Of a stretch of 54,835 bases of DNA, positions 27,042 to 37,631 are shown piece after piece; position 1 is the stretch's first letter; the number at the start of each line of letters is the position of its first letter. The notes beneath the pieces were generated by a model. It was not told where the DNA came from. It searched no databases and worked only from the letters and a program-made list of their open reading frames with translations. A program made the translations under genes and the position numbers. Source of the DNA: a virus (taxonomy: Duplodnaviria > Caudoviricetes); IMG/VR virus record IMGVR_UViG_3300029448_000055, positions 1 through 54,835 of that record; one strand, given 5' to 3'.

Positions 27042-27545
27042 ATGACAGATGAGTTTGATATAGACTTAACAAGCGTGGAAGAGGAAAATGATTTCTCACC
27101 TATCCCTAACGGGAACTATGAAATGGTGGCAAATCAATGGAATCAACACACCTCAAAAGCTGGTAATCAATCTATCAAAGTCGAGTTTGATGTGGTAGGT
27201 CCGAGTCATGCTAATAGAAAGATATGGGAATATTTTACTGTGCAAGGCAACGCCGTCCAAGTCACTGCAAGACGCGTCAAAGCTTGGCGTAAATCGATGG
27301 GTTTGAATCCAGACGTTAGCTTCAATCGTGAAGCCTTAGATGAAATGATGAATGTACCATTTACAGCTAAGGTTAAGATTGAGCCTGGTACTGATGGCTA
27401 TGCCGACAGCAATAAAATCAACGACTTTGTAAGCAAAGGTACAAGCACACCAGCAGAGGAGAAGTCTGCGCCCGTGCAAGATCCAGCTGAAGTTGAAGCT
27501 GCGGAGAAATCTACCGGCGAGCAAGATTATGATTGGATGAAATAG
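27042..27545 (+). CDS. DUF669-like single-stranded DNA-binding protein
   Basis: FSPIPNGNYE...SKAGN...IKVEFDV; acidic tail ending DYDWMK; GGAG RBS before 27042. Confidence 0.75.
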   Translation: MTDEFDIDLTSVEEENDFSPIPNGNYEMVANQWNQHTSKAGNQSIKVEFDVVGPSHANRKIWEYFTVQGNAVQVTARRVKAWRKSMGLNPDVSFNREALDEMMNVPFTAKVKIEPGTDGYADSNKINDFVSKGTSTPAEEKSAPVQDPAEVEAAEKSTGEQDYDWMK

Positions 27546-27592
27546 GGCTTTCATCCATACCATCCACCTACCACCAAGGGTGGAAATCAAGC

Positions 27593-27621
27593 GAGACCTA
27601 AGCACGTCTTTAAACTGCTTA
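27593..27621 (+). ncRNA. Candidate H-type RNA pseudoknot
   Basis: S1 GAGAC/GTCTT, L1 1 nt, S2 TAAGCA/TGCTTA, L3 TAAAC. Confidence 0.45.
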
Positions 27622-27649
27622 ACTAAATAATAATATAAAGAGAGACGAC

Positions 27650-27841
27650 ATGAAAAGAAAAACACTTAATCTTAATGAAAAAGATTTAATATCAAATACC
27701 GAAAAGGTTATTGAACAAGTACATAAGCTTTGGCGCAATGAAGATAGCTTATTTAATCCAACCCTGGTTCAGGCTGTAAAAGATACTGAGCTCAGCATTT
27801 TAAACATAGGATATGACAATGAAAGAAAATTTAAAAAATGA
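27650..27841 (+). CDS. Hypothetical protein
   Basis: 63 aa in operon. Confidence 0.55.
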   Translation: MKRKTLNLNEKDLISNTEKVIEQVHKLWRNEDSLFNPTLVQAVKDTELSILNIGYDNERKFKK

Positions 27842-28106
27842 TTTAGAATTAGAGCTGTCAGATCTATTAAGAAAATATTCTAAAAGAAAAGATTTTGACG
27901 CTGGCAAATTTACTGCAGCACTCAATCATTTTTCTATGCGTCTGACTTATGAAATGACTCACAACACCATCGCTGCCACTGGCTTAATTGCTGTGTGTTT
28001 AAACTCAGTGCTTTCTGATTTAATGGATGCTCAAGAAAAAGAAATAGTCTTTGAAGCAGATGCAAGACTAGATGATGAAGTAAATACTAAGAAGACGAAA
28101 CATTAA
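27813..28106 (+). CDS. Hypothetical protein
   Basis: 97 aa; TAATG coupling to helicase. Confidence 0.65.
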   Translation: MTMKENLKNDLELELSDLLRKYSKRKDFDAGKFTAALNHFSMRLTYEMTHNTIAATGLIAVCLNSVLSDLMDAQEKEIVFEADARLDDEVNTKKTKH

Positions 28107-29776
28107 TGGATCTCAGGCCCTATCAAGAAGACGCTGTCACATCGCTCTTCGATTGGTTTGGTAGCCAATCAATTACCGACCACCCGTTGTTAAGCTTACC
28201 TACTGCTTCTGGCAAGACGGTAATCTTTTCTACTTTTATCAAGCGACAGATTATGTCGTACCCAGATACTAGGTTTTTAGTTTTGGCGCATCGGCAAGAA
28301 TTAATTGAGCAAGCTGAGAGCAAAATAAAAAACGTTTGGCCTCAAGCACCAGTTGGTGTTTTATCTAGTAGTTTAAAGAGACATGAGTTAGATGCTCAGA
28401 TCCTGGTTGCTTCCAGAGATACTCTAGCTGCTGGAGCTAGGTTAGAAAAAGTTGGTAAGTTTGATTACATTATTATTGATGAAGCTCACAATCTTTCGCC
28501 AGACGATCAAACCAGATATCAAAAAATTATTACCGAGCTGTCTGCTGAACATGCCACTAGAGTTATGGGCGTTACTGCTACGCCTTATCGCATGGGTCAA
28601 GGTTATATTTATGGTAAACGTAAAGATCATTTCTTTTCTGACGTTGCTTATCAAGCGAAGATCCCAGATCTTATTGACCAAGGTTATCTAGCAAGAATAG
28701 TATCTTACCAGGTAGCTGACGAAACCATCATTGATGCTAGTAAAGCCAAATTAAAATTCAAAGGTGGAGATTACAAAGAATCAGATTTAGAGAAGTTAGC
28801 TTTAGATGAACAAACTATTCTGGCCATCATTGCTGATTGGTCAGACAAAGCTTATAGCAAAGGTCGAACTGCTACTGTCTTCTTCTGTGTCTCAGTATTG
28901 CATGCTATGAAGATGAACATGTTCTTAGCCAAGCAAGGTATCAAATCCAAACTACTTACCGGTGAAACTCCAGGCGACGAAAGAAGGCAGATCCTAACAG
29001 ATTTTGAGTCAGGCGAGCTAAACGTCATCTGTAACGTTGGTGTCCTCACAGAGGGCTGGGATGCGCCTAAAACAGATTGTATTGCTATGCTTAGACCTAC
29101 ACAAAGCTTAGGCCTATATGTGCAAATGTGTGGTCGAGGCATGCGTGTTTACCCAGGCAAAAATAATTGTTTGTTATTAGACTACGGCGAGAACATTGCT
29201 CGACACGGGTGCATTGATACAGCTCAACCCAATCAAGAATTTAAAGTTAGAAGACCAAAAATTTGTGGCGAGTGTTTAGCTATAAGTCCACCTCATGCTA
29301 AGAAGTGTATTGAGTGTGGTGCTGAGTTTCCAATCTCAGAGTTTTCTACTTACTTAGTACCAATAGAAGAACGTAAGGTTGCTAAACAAACCAAGGCAGC
29401 TAGTGGGGCTGTGATTTCTGATGAGAAACCAGGAGTTAAAACCAAAGATGAAATAGTCACTAGCACTTCAGCAACCTTGGCCACCTCTAAAAACGGCAAC
29501 GATTACTGTCGAGTTTTCTTTCAGATAGAAGATAGTTTTTTACCTAGATCCTTACCGCTTATGTTTGAGCATCCTAGAATGAGTGGTCTAGCTATCAACC
29601 AATGGTGTAGAATTGTGGATGCAAAGAAGTGGGGAGTACCGCGTCGATCTGAAGATGCCGTCCGTAAAATTAATCAAGGTGCTATGCAAGACGTAAACAA
29701 AATAACTGTCAAGAAAGAAGGCAAATATTTTAATGTTAAAAGAGTAGTTGTCACCAATAAGGAGATTTATATATGA
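28106..29776 (+). CDS. Superfamily 2 DEAH helicase with C-terminal zinc finger (RadD/YejH-like)
   Basis: LRPYQ, LPTASGKT, DEAH, TATP, LTEGWD, QMCGRGMR, CxxC...CxxC. Confidence 0.92.
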   Translation: MDLRPYQEDAVTSLFDWFGSQSITDHPLLSLPTASGKTVIFSTFIKRQIMSYPDTRFLVLAHRQELIEQAESKIKNVWPQAPVGVLSSSLKRHELDAQILVASRDTLAAGARLEKVGKFDYIIIDEAHNLSPDDQTRYQKIITELSAEHATRVMGVTATPYRMGQGYIYGKRKDHFFSDVAYQAKIPDLIDQGYLARIVSYQVADETIIDASKAKLKFKGGDYKESDLEKLALDEQTILAIIADWSDKAYSKGRTATVFFCVSVLHAMKMNMFLAKQGIKSKLLTGETPGDERRQILTDFESGELNVICNVGVLTEGWDAPKTDCIAMLRPTQSLGLYVQMCGRGMRVYPGKNNCLLLDYGENIARHGCIDTAQPNQEFKVRRPKICGECLAISPPHAKKCIECGAEFPISEFSTYLVPIEERKVAKQTKAASGAVISDEKPGVKTKDEIVTSTSATLATSKNGNDYCRVFFQIEDSFLPRSLPLMFEHPRMSGLAINQWCRIVDAKKWGVPRRSEDAVRKINQGAMQDVNKITVKKEGKYFNVKRVVVTNKEIYI

Positions 29777-30624
29777 AGAAGATAAATGAAATGATTGACC
29801 ATGTTATGTTGGAAGAGCCAGCTAGTTATCGCCCTTACTTAGGGATGAGTCAGATTGGTAATCCAGACGAGCGTATGCTTTGGTTAAACTTTCGTTGGTG
29901 TTTGCCACCCAATAGTTTTGAACCTAGAGTTTCAAGGATCCTGGATCTGGGTCAACATTTAGAAGATATCATTGTTGACTATTTAAAAAAGGCGCAAGGC
30001 TTTGAAGTGTTTGAGAAAGATAAAAATGGTAAACAATACACAGCTTCCTTATTAGGCGATCATTTCTCTGGCCACATTGATGGGGTAATAAAAGGTTTAC
30101 CAGATATAAAAGCACCATCGATCTTAGAAATTAAAACCGCGAACGATAACCGTTTTAAAAATTTAGTTAAACAAGACAGTTATGAACGTTGGTCTATGGA
30201 ATACGAAGCCCAGGTGCATTGTTATATGGGGGCTTTTAAATTAGATAAATGTTTGGCTTTGGTTTACAACAAAAACAATTCAGATATCTACACCGAAGTT
30301 ATTAACAAAGACGAAGAGATCTTTCAAAGTATGTTGACCAAAGCTAAACGAGTTATTACTTCAGAGAATCCGCCAGAGAGTTTGATACCTGAAACAGATT
30401 GGCGGATTAAAAATTTAGCTGAAGAATCTAAGGATGTTTATATGCAAAGAGCCTATCCAAAAGAAAAGAATTGTCGTAATTGTAAATACAGCAAACCTTT
30501 AATAGATGTTAGCGGTGCTAGTTGGCTCTGTCACAAAGGCCAAGAGATCTCTAATCCAGAAATGCAGAAGCGAGCTTGTCAAGATCATGAGTGGATCACA
30601 GGTTTAACGCCACTACCTTTTTAA
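29773..30624 (+). CDS. PD-(D/E)XK exonuclease (Cas4/RecB-like)
   Basis: GHIDG...LEIKT...QVHCYM, C-terminal CRNCKY. Confidence 0.8.
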   Translation: MKKINEMIDHVMLEEPASYRPYLGMSQIGNPDERMLWLNFRWCLPPNSFEPRVSRILDLGQHLEDIIVDYLKKAQGFEVFEKDKNGKQYTASLLGDHFSGHIDGVIKGLPDIKAPSILEIKTANDNRFKNLVKQDSYERWSMEYEAQVHCYMGAFKLDKCLALVYNKNNSDIYTEVINKDEEIFQSMLTKAKRVITSENPPESLIPETDWRIKNLAEESKDVYMQRAYPKEKNCRNCKYSKPLIDVSGASWLCHKGQEISNPEMQKRACQDHEWITGLTPLPF

Positions 30625-30691
30625 AATATTGTAAGTTTTTGTAAAATCATAGTATAATTTGACATATTCCTTGTAATGAAAGGAGGTCAAC

Positions 30692-30907
30692 GTGAAAAAT
30701 TTATGTGATTTTGAAGACCCTTTTATAGAAAGATCAGGCTGTAAACCTGTTTGGATTAACAGAGCTACGTTTGAGTCTTTAAATAAATTTGCTTCAGACA
30801 ATGAAAAAGACGTTAAAAACATAATAGAGTACTTGGTGGTATTAGCTTTGAACAACCACGAAAGAAAAATTGAGGAAAGAATTAATTTCGATTTAGAAAG
30901 CGTTTAA
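30692..30907 (+). CDS. Small putative DNA-binding protein
   Basis: AAGGAGGT RBS, upstream TATAAT; strand-helix-helix pattern. Confidence 0.55.
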   Translation: MKNLCDFEDPFIERSGCKPVWINRATFESLNKFASDNEKDVKNIIEYLVVLALNNHERKIEERINFDLESV

Positions 30908-31402
30908 TTAATTTTTACTTTTAAAGTCTATTATATTTTTACACCACCAGAAGAACATGTCTTCCGATAGATTGTGCTTCATAATGTTGACTCTGTGTGC
31001 CACCAATTGTATGTTCCCAACTATGTAACCTTCATGTGGCAGGATCCTATCTAAAGAAGCATTGAGTTCTTTCTTACCTTGACCATCTTTAGCATGCGTC
31101 ATTAAGACGCCAGACAAGGCGCACCGGCCCTCTTGTTCATCCCAGATATCAATCACATCATCCAGGGTAATAGCCCACTTCAGATCGGGTCTTTTCTTTT
31201 TTCTGGAACTTTTTAATTGCGTGAATATTAGGGCTAAAAATTTGTAGGGATCTTGAGTTACATTCTGGTAACGTTTTTTTTGGTAACAACTTCGACAGGT
31301 CTTCCGATAAGAGATAGTACCTGTCGGTCTTACCTTGGGCTCAAACTGTTCCATAGGTTTACTCTTCCGACAGACGGAACAAGTCTTTTTGTCTTGGGTC
31401 AT
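30908..31402 (-). CDS. HNH-like endonuclease with N-terminal zinc finger
   Basis: CSVC...CRSC; GRCALSG...ASLDRI...GY..GNIQLV...VN.MK. Confidence 0.75.
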   Translation of the reverse strand: MTQDKKTCSVCRKSKPMEQFEPKVRPTGTISYRKTCRSCYQKKRYQNVTQDPYKFLALIFTQLKSSRKKKRPDLKWAITLDDVIDIWDEQEGRCALSGVLMTHAKDGQGKKELNASLDRILPHEGYIVGNIQLVAHRVNIMKHNLSEDMFFWWCKNIIDFKSKN

Positions 31403-31403
31403 C

Positions 31404-31736
31404 TTATTCTCTAGGAGAAGATACGATCTGTATTATCAAGCCTGGGTACAACGCTTCCACCAATTTCTTTTTGAGTTTGAAGACATCAGTTTGCACTCCT
31501 TTGGTATCTTCCACCACCTCCTCGCCATTAGCGTTTTTGTATTTAAAATCTGCCTTGTATAAACAAATCTTTTTACCTTCGATAAAACATGGATAAGGTG
31601 GGTGTACCTCTATATCTGATACGGCACCAGCTCTTTCTAATTCTTTTAAGAACTTATATCTGGCTGCTTCCAGTTTGCTATCAAAGACATAACCATCTAG
31701 CTTTACTTTGATCGCACCGTATTTGTTATATGCCAT
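31404..31736 (-). CDS. DUF1064-like PD-(D/E)XK nuclease
   Basis: NKYGA...DGYVFDSKLEA...YKADF...VEDTKG. Confidence 0.8.
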   Translation of the reverse strand: MAYNKYGAIKVKLDGYVFDSKLEAARYKFLKELERAGAVSDIEVHPPYPCFIEGKKICLYKADFKYKNANGEEVVEDTKGVQTDVFKLKKKLVEALYPGLIIQIVSSPRE

Positions 31737-31798
31737 ATTTTATTATACAATTATTTATCAAAATTAAGAAACACTTAACATACTAGGAGAATTAAACT

Positions 31799-31975
31799 AT
31801 GACTCATGTTACCATAGGAGTTAACAAAGAAACCCATAAAAAACTTAGCGAACTTGCTTCATTAACACACCGTACCAGGGCTAATACTGTCGAGTGGTTG
31901 GTTGATAGAGCCATAAGCCAGATTAAATTAGCTGAAAAAAACGGCAACGCCGAGCAAATTAAATTTGGCCTTTAA
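31799..31975 (+). CDS. Ribbon-helix-helix-like protein (58 aa; not in ORF track)
   Basis: AGGAG RBS; MTHVTIGVNKETHKKLSELASLTHRTRANTVEWLVDRAI. Confidence 0.65.
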   Translation: MTHVTIGVNKETHKKLSELASLTHRTRANTVEWLVDRAISQIKLAEKNGNAEQIKFGL

Positions 31976-34900
31976 GATCCTCCTACTAATTTATCTAGTT
32001 CTTGCTGTCTTAATACTTGAGATCCTAAAGATTCTAAGAATGGAGCGTTTCTTCTTGGATTTTTAAATGAACCTTCTAGCTCTTGATCTCTTAATAAATA
32101 TTCAAGATCTTTAAAATCAAAGTAATTTACTGGAGCGCCACCTTCAACTGCTTCATTTATTTTCTCACTGGTTATCGGTATTGGCACAAAGGAACCTCTT
32201 AAAACTTCATTGTAATTACTAATTTTTGCTCTTTTTAGTGTATCTATTATTTCAGGTTCGTTTAAACCTAAAAGTCTAGAATCGTTTATATTTGTGTATA
32301 AATCTCTTAAAACTCTGTATCTATCTTCATTTTGATTAATGTAAGCTTGAATATATTTTTTAGCATCATCTTCGTTCATAGTTTCTAAAGCGTTGTTAAA
32401 AGCAAGAGAACTATCTCTAATAGCTCTATTGGCTTCAAATCCAGAATAAAGAAGAGCTCGCTGCATATCAGGTTTTATTGTTTTTACTCCAGACAAAGCT
32501 TGAATTACTGTCTCACCAGCATCAAGTTCTTTACCTGTTTTGCCTTTAACTGGCTCGCCATTTTTAGTTCTGCCAAACAAAGCTTTAGGCCCATCTTTTA
32601 ATCTAATATCTATATAAGAATCTTTTCCAGGCAAAAGACTAGTGCCAGACGGATCTACCACCGGTCGAAAAGGCATACCTGCTGGATTAATAGTATCTAA
32701 AACATAAACAAAACCTTTTAAAGCCCGATCTCCTTGAGTATCACTTTCACGCCATATTTTTCTACCCGTACCAGTTTCTCCATTAACTGCCTCTAACACT
32801 GAATTTAAACCAAATGCTGGCTCAACAAATGGAGAGGTAAACTCTGTTAAAGCTCCACCAAAAGAATCCACTGCTATTTTAGTTAAACTTTCTTCATTTC
32901 TATTGCCTTCTTCTATCTCAGTTAAAATTCTATTAGCTGGTCTTTGAAATAAATCATAAGGATTCATATAACTAAAATTAAAAAACTCTGTCGGATTTCC
33001 TAAACCATCTGAGCCAACTGGTACCAAGGTTGCTGTCTTGTCCCACGGTGCTCCAGCAGATCTTTTATAAGCATCTATTTTATCTTTGCTAACACCAGTT
33101 AAATAAGAACCTAAAGCAACCAATCCACCAGATAAGAAACCTCCTGTGGTAGCGACTCCCGTTAATCTTCTCATTCCAATTTTTTGTATTTCTGGATTTG
33201 CACTAGCTAATTCTTTAATGCTTCTGTGCAAAGCATTTACACCATTTCTTGTTACCTCAGCTGGGAAAGCAGTGAAGTTACCTACTGGCAATTTACTAAT
33301 TATTTCTCTGACTATTGGAACAACTCTTTTATAATTTTGAACTGTGTTTAAAGTTAACTCTGCCATTTCACTCCTAGTAAAAGCCTCTAAACCATCTATT
33401 GTTTTTTTATTTTTTGAGTCTAGTGGATTTTCTCTAACTTTAATATTTTTTAAATTCCTAACATCTATTACTGGGCCGCCATTTTTACCAACTTTTATTA
33501 TCTCTTTAAATCTTAATATATTTTTTGAAGATTCTATTGGCACCTCATAGGCTTCTGCTTTTAGATTAGGATTATCTAAAACATTTTGCAGAGCTGATTT
33601 AAATCTTATTTTTTCATTTTCATAAGCATAAACTCTAGCTGTATCATCAGTCATTTTATAAACATCTTCAGAAAATTTAGTTACGTTTTTAACTCCTGGT
33701 ATATTTGATACGCCTTTAATAGCTCTATCTACTCCTCTATTTTGAGAGGCTATTTTTGCATTTTCTAACACCTCTCCTAATTGAGAAGCACCACCTCTTT
33801 GCATAACTCCTTCAACTAACAACTCATCTAGTTTATCTTTTCTTAAAAGTTGACTTGAAGGATCTAATAACCCAGCAAAAGTATTTGCATAAGAGTCTTT
33901 TAGTCTTCCTGTTGAACCGACTAAACCATTTAACATGGCAAAGAACGGCACTGAAGTATTGTTCCTAACTTGTGCTAATGGAGATAATACAGTTTTTCCG
34001 TATTGAGTTGCTGCTTTAACAGATAAAAAAGGTTTATAAAAATCCATTAGAACTGAACCGTTTGCTTCTAAAGAAGTAGTGGTTCTTAACAAAGCATCAA
34101 AATAATCTGATCTGGCGTACATACCATCTAATTGTCCGTGTTCTTGATTGAATTGTTTATATATAACAGGATTATTATCTTTATCAAAAACAGTTACAGT
34201 ATTTATGTCATTTATTTTTTTAACTTCTTTTCCTTTTGCAAAATCTGGATCTTTTAAAAATTTCTTTTGATTTGTTCTTATGGCTAGGTTATCTAACTCT
34301 TTTATATCTCTAAACATTTTAGTTTTACCTATTAAAGAAGATAGTTTGTTTACAGTAGTTGCAGCTTTTAAAGCCGTGTTAGCCATAGCTTTTTCTGGAG
34401 TGCTTTCTAAAAATCCAGCTACCTCGCCTAAAGCCCTTCTAACTTTTGGCAAATCATCTAAAGTTTTTCCTTTTAAAATATCTTTATTTTTTGCTAAACC
34501 ATCCAATACAAATTCACCTGTTTCAAAACCAAAATAATCTTTATTAGTCGGTGTCTTTCTGGCTATAAGATTAAAAATATAATTAGCATCTTGAGCATCA
34601 ACTCCAATAATTTTTTGAATTTCATCCTCTGCAAATTTTCTAAGATTTGGGTCTATAGGTATATTAGAATCTAAATAAGTTTTGTAGGATCTGGTGCCAT
34701 ACAAACCCATATTGCCTGAGATAACTTCGTGTAAATCTTTTTGAATTAATAAATTACCAAAACCATCTGCTTCGCTTCTAGATAGTTCTAAGACTTGTCT
34801 AGATAAACTATCGGCTTGATTTCTAACGTTCTGAGTTAAAGTAGATATCTTAGCGTTATCTTCTATACCAAAAGATTTGTAATTTATTTTTTTTTCTAAA

Positions 34901-35871
34901 TCTTTTATATTTTTATTTGCTTGTGTTTGTATTTTTTCAGCCAAAGCTCTTTGTCCTTTTAAATCTAATTTTGGTTTTTGAAAGTTTACTTTTATCATTG
35001 GAAACAAACTGTCTTCTATGTCCCTAGATAATTGCAAAGCGTTAGTTTGGCTTAAGCCGCTTTGACCTAATTTAGTTATGGTGTTCTGAATTATAGAAGT
35101 GTTTCTATTTACTTCTTCTAAGTTTTGTAAAACTTCTGCTGTTTTGACATGTGACAATTGTGCTACATATTCGTTAGGCTTGGCTAATCCTTCGGCACCA
35201 ACACCTTTGGTACTAAAATAATTTTTAGCTCGATCAAATAATTTTAAATTTGTTTCTTCAATATCGTCGCCTGCTTTTTGAATACTTTTAGATTTGTTTC
35301 CTAACTGTGTTTTTGCTACAGCTTTAGCAAATATTGGAGCTAACGCTTCATCGACAATTGCTCCACCAGTATAGCCAACTGCTTTTAAAGCGTAAGGCAA
35401 ACCAAAAATAAAAGAACTGGCTTCTGCTGCAACATTTGCTCTTTCTAATAATCTTTCGTAAGCAGCTTCTGAACCTCTCAACCTAGCCAAACGCTCTTCA
35501 TCTGAATCGTTATCAACAAAAGTGTCCAACAAGGTAACAGTATCATCAGTCGCAACTGCCCCATCAACAGCGCCAAAGACAGCTGCCTTTTGAATGTTGC
35601 TTAATTTATTAACTCTGTTTAAAACTCCAGCTGCACCAAAACCTGGTAAACCAAATTGAGTTATGAAAGAAGCTATCTCGCCAGCTGTAGTCTCTGGTTT
35701 GTCTGTTTGTCTTTCGTCAAAAAATCTTTTTAAATCAGCAGTTAAATCTGTGTCTGCAAATAAATCTATTGATGATGCGCCAAGCTCAGCTACTCCTCTA
35801 ATTGCTTGAGAGGTACCAAACTGTACTCCTTGTGCTATGTCTCCGAGTATTCCTACTTCTTTTTTTGCCAT
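31972..35871 (-). CDS. Large internal virion/ejection protein
   Basis: 1299 aa helical protein, last of a podovirus-style internal protein cluster. Confidence 0.7.
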   Translation of the reverse strand: MAKKEVGILGDIAQGVQFGTSQAIRGVAELGASSIDLFADTDLTADLKRFFDERQTDKPETTAGEIASFITQFGLPGFGAAGVLNRVNKLSNIQKAAVFGAVDGAVATDDTVTLLDTFVDNDSDEERLARLRGSEAAYERLLERANVAAEASSFIFGLPYALKAVGYTGGAIVDEALAPIFAKAVAKTQLGNKSKSIQKAGDDIEETNLKLFDRAKNYFSTKGVGAEGLAKPNEYVAQLSHVKTAEVLQNLEEVNRNTSIIQNTITKLGQSGLSQTNALQLSRDIEDSLFPMIKVNFQKPKLDLKGQRALAEKIQTQANKNIKDLEKKINYKSFGIEDNAKISTLTQNVRNQADSLSRQVLELSRSEADGFGNLLIQKDLHEVISGNMGLYGTRSYKTYLDSNIPIDPNLRKFAEDEIQKIIGVDAQDANYIFNLIARKTPTNKDYFGFETGEFVLDGLAKNKDILKGKTLDDLPKVRRALGEVAGFLESTPEKAMANTALKAATTVNKLSSLIGKTKMFRDIKELDNLAIRTNQKKFLKDPDFAKGKEVKKINDINTVTVFDKDNNPVIYKQFNQEHGQLDGMYARSDYFDALLRTTTSLEANGSVLMDFYKPFLSVKAATQYGKTVLSPLAQVRNNTSVPFFAMLNGLVGSTGRLKDSYANTFAGLLDPSSQLLRKDKLDELLVEGVMQRGGASQLGEVLENAKIASQNRGVDRAIKGVSNIPGVKNVTKFSEDVYKMTDDTARVYAYENEKIRFKSALQNVLDNPNLKAEAYEVPIESSKNILRFKEIIKVGKNGGPVIDVRNLKNIKVRENPLDSKNKKTIDGLEAFTRSEMAELTLNTVQNYKRVVPIVREIISKLPVGNFTAFPAEVTRNGVNALHRSIKELASANPEIQKIGMRRLTGVATTGGFLSGGLVALGSYLTGVSKDKIDAYKRSAGAPWDKTATLVPVGSDGLGNPTEFFNFSYMNPYDLFQRPANRILTEIEEGNRNEESLTKIAVDSFGGALTEFTSPFVEPAFGLNSVLEAVNGETGTGRKIWRESDTQGDRALKGFVYVLDTINPAGMPFRPVVDPSGTSLLPGKDSYIDIRLKDGPKALFGRTKNGEPVKGKTGKELDAGETVIQALSGVKTIKPDMQRALLYSGFEANRAIRDSSLAFNNALETMNEDDAKKYIQAYINQNEDRYRVLRDLYTNINDSRLLGLNEPEIIDTLKRAKISNYNEVLRGSFVPIPITSEKINEAVEGGAPVNYFDFKDLEYLLRDQELEGSFKNPRRNAPFLESLGSQVLRQQELDKLVGGS

Positions 35872-35879
35872 GAGTTTTT

Positions 35880-37628
35880 TTAATCAAGACCAAGCCTTGC
35901 TCTACCTTTTGCATTAGGTCTAACTCCTACATTAGTTAAATCCAACGTTCCACCTGCTTGAACGATAGAACCAATTTGAGTTCTACCAATTCGTTCTAAT
36001 GCTTTATCGCCTGACAAATAATAAAGTTCTAAATCGCTAGGTCTTAAATCTGCTTTTGCATATTCTGGATTGCTATCTAAAGCATCTTGTATGGCTCCTC
36101 GATACAAAGCATTTATATCTTTATCTTTACCTAAAAGTTCGGCAAGAGTTCCACCAGCAGCAGCTTGACCTTTTAAATAAGCATCCATTTGATCAGGGTT
36201 TTGTTGCAAGTATTCTAAAAGTTGTTGATCGGCTGACTTAGTTTCTTCCAAAGCTATATCTGCTCCTAAGTAACCTTGAGTAAATTCACTTAAACCCAAT
36301 GGACTAAAACCTACTGGGCCTTCTTTTGGCATAGTCATAGCAGAAAAACCTGCCATCATTTTCTTAGCAAAGTCAGGATCTTCTGAAACTTTTTCTAAGT
36401 AACCACTACCAAAACCTTTTACGTAATCTAAGAAGGTAGGTCTACTACCATCTTTATCAGTTAATTTGCCAGTAGCAGGGTCATAATTATATTTAGGATT
36501 TCCTGCGTCGTCTTTCATTTGTCTAAGAACACCCAAAGTATATTTGCCAACATTATCTCCTTTAACACCAGATAAATCTTCCGGAGCAGTTGCTAGTTGA
36601 TTGCTTGCAAGAGAACTAACTTGAGTATTTAATTTTCTTAAATCATCGAGATTAGATAGTTCTTCTCCACCGTCAAATGACGTAGTGGCACCAAGAGTTA
36701 TTGCTGCAGGAAGAGAGCCATATCTAATAGTATTTCCTAAAAAACCAGAACCTTTGCTTGCAATCTCTCCACTGCCAGCTTCAACCACATCAGAGTCTTT
36801 TTTAGGAGCGTCTTTCTTCTTGTCTTTTTTAAAAATATTTTTATATAAATTTAAAAGAGCTCCTCCTTTTGCATAACCACGAATAGGTACACCACCGTCT
36901 GCCATGTTTTGTACTTCTTCTTTAATTAATCCAGGTGCTTCAGCTAGTTCTCTACCTAAGTAATATTTAAAATAATTTTTTATTGCTTTGTCATTTGCCT
37001 CTGGCAATAAAGAGCCAATGCCCCTTACTATTTTGCGTCCACTGTTTGCAATCTTAGCCGTGGCTGCTGCAGGTAATCCTACTCCAGTGGCTGCTACTCC
37101 TGCTATACCCAGATCCACTGGATCTTGAGGGTCAAAAATAACATCAGTAAAATCTCTAACATTTAATCTTTCGTCATCTTTTCTCAATTGTTCTCTAAGT
37201 AATTCTAATAAACCTTCGCCCATTGGACCGCTACCTAATTTTCTATTTTGTATATCCATAATTGCTGAAGCTATACCACCTGTTTTAAATTCTAAAGGCA
37301 CTTCATCTATCATTTCATACCCGCCAGTTTCAGGGTCAAATCTTTTACCAGCTTCTTGTTCTATTCTTTTATCTCTAGCTGTAATTTTTTTAGTTTCTAA
37401 TCCTTTCGCACGTAAAGCTGGGCTCATTTTTTTAACTTTATCAAGTTCGAGTTTAAAGTCTAAGTCTGCTCTTAATCTATCGTCGACTTGTTGTAATTCA
37501 TCATAAAATTTTCGACCGTATTTTTCTATAACAGCTCTAGGTCCTTCTTGTCTTAACAAACTTAAAGCATCTTTAGCACCAGATACTGCATCAAATAAAA
37601 TTGGTATTGCTGCTTTTGCCTTTGCCAT
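35880..37628 (-). CDS. Internal virion/ejection protein
   Basis: 582 aa; FKTGG, MADGG, YAKGG motifs; position. Confidence 0.65.
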   Translation of the reverse strand: MAKAKAAIPILFDAVSGAKDALSLLRQEGPRAVIEKYGRKFYDELQQVDDRLRADLDFKLELDKVKKMSPALRAKGLETKKITARDKRIEQEAGKRFDPETGGYEMIDEVPLEFKTGGIASAIMDIQNRKLGSGPMGEGLLELLREQLRKDDERLNVRDFTDVIFDPQDPVDLGIAGVAATGVGLPAAATAKIANSGRKIVRGIGSLLPEANDKAIKNYFKYYLGRELAEAPGLIKEEVQNMADGGVPIRGYAKGGALLNLYKNIFKKDKKKDAPKKDSDVVEAGSGEIASKGSGFLGNTIRYGSLPAAITLGATTSFDGGEELSNLDDLRKLNTQVSSLASNQLATAPEDLSGVKGDNVGKYTLGVLRQMKDDAGNPKYNYDPATGKLTDKDGSRPTFLDYVKGFGSGYLEKVSEDPDFAKKMMAGFSAMTMPKEGPVGFSPLGLSEFTQGYLGADIALEETKSADQQLLEYLQQNPDQMDAYLKGQAAAGGTLAELLGKDKDINALYRGAIQDALDSNPEYAKADLRPSDLELYYLSGDKALERIGRTQIGSIVQAGGTLDLTNVGVRPNAKGRARLGLD

Positions 37629-37631
37629 TAT

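Noticed and set aside
29773-30624. Cas4-like nuclease as part of a CRISPR system
   Set aside because: It sits in a replication operon with no cas1/cas2 or array; such nucleases are common in phages
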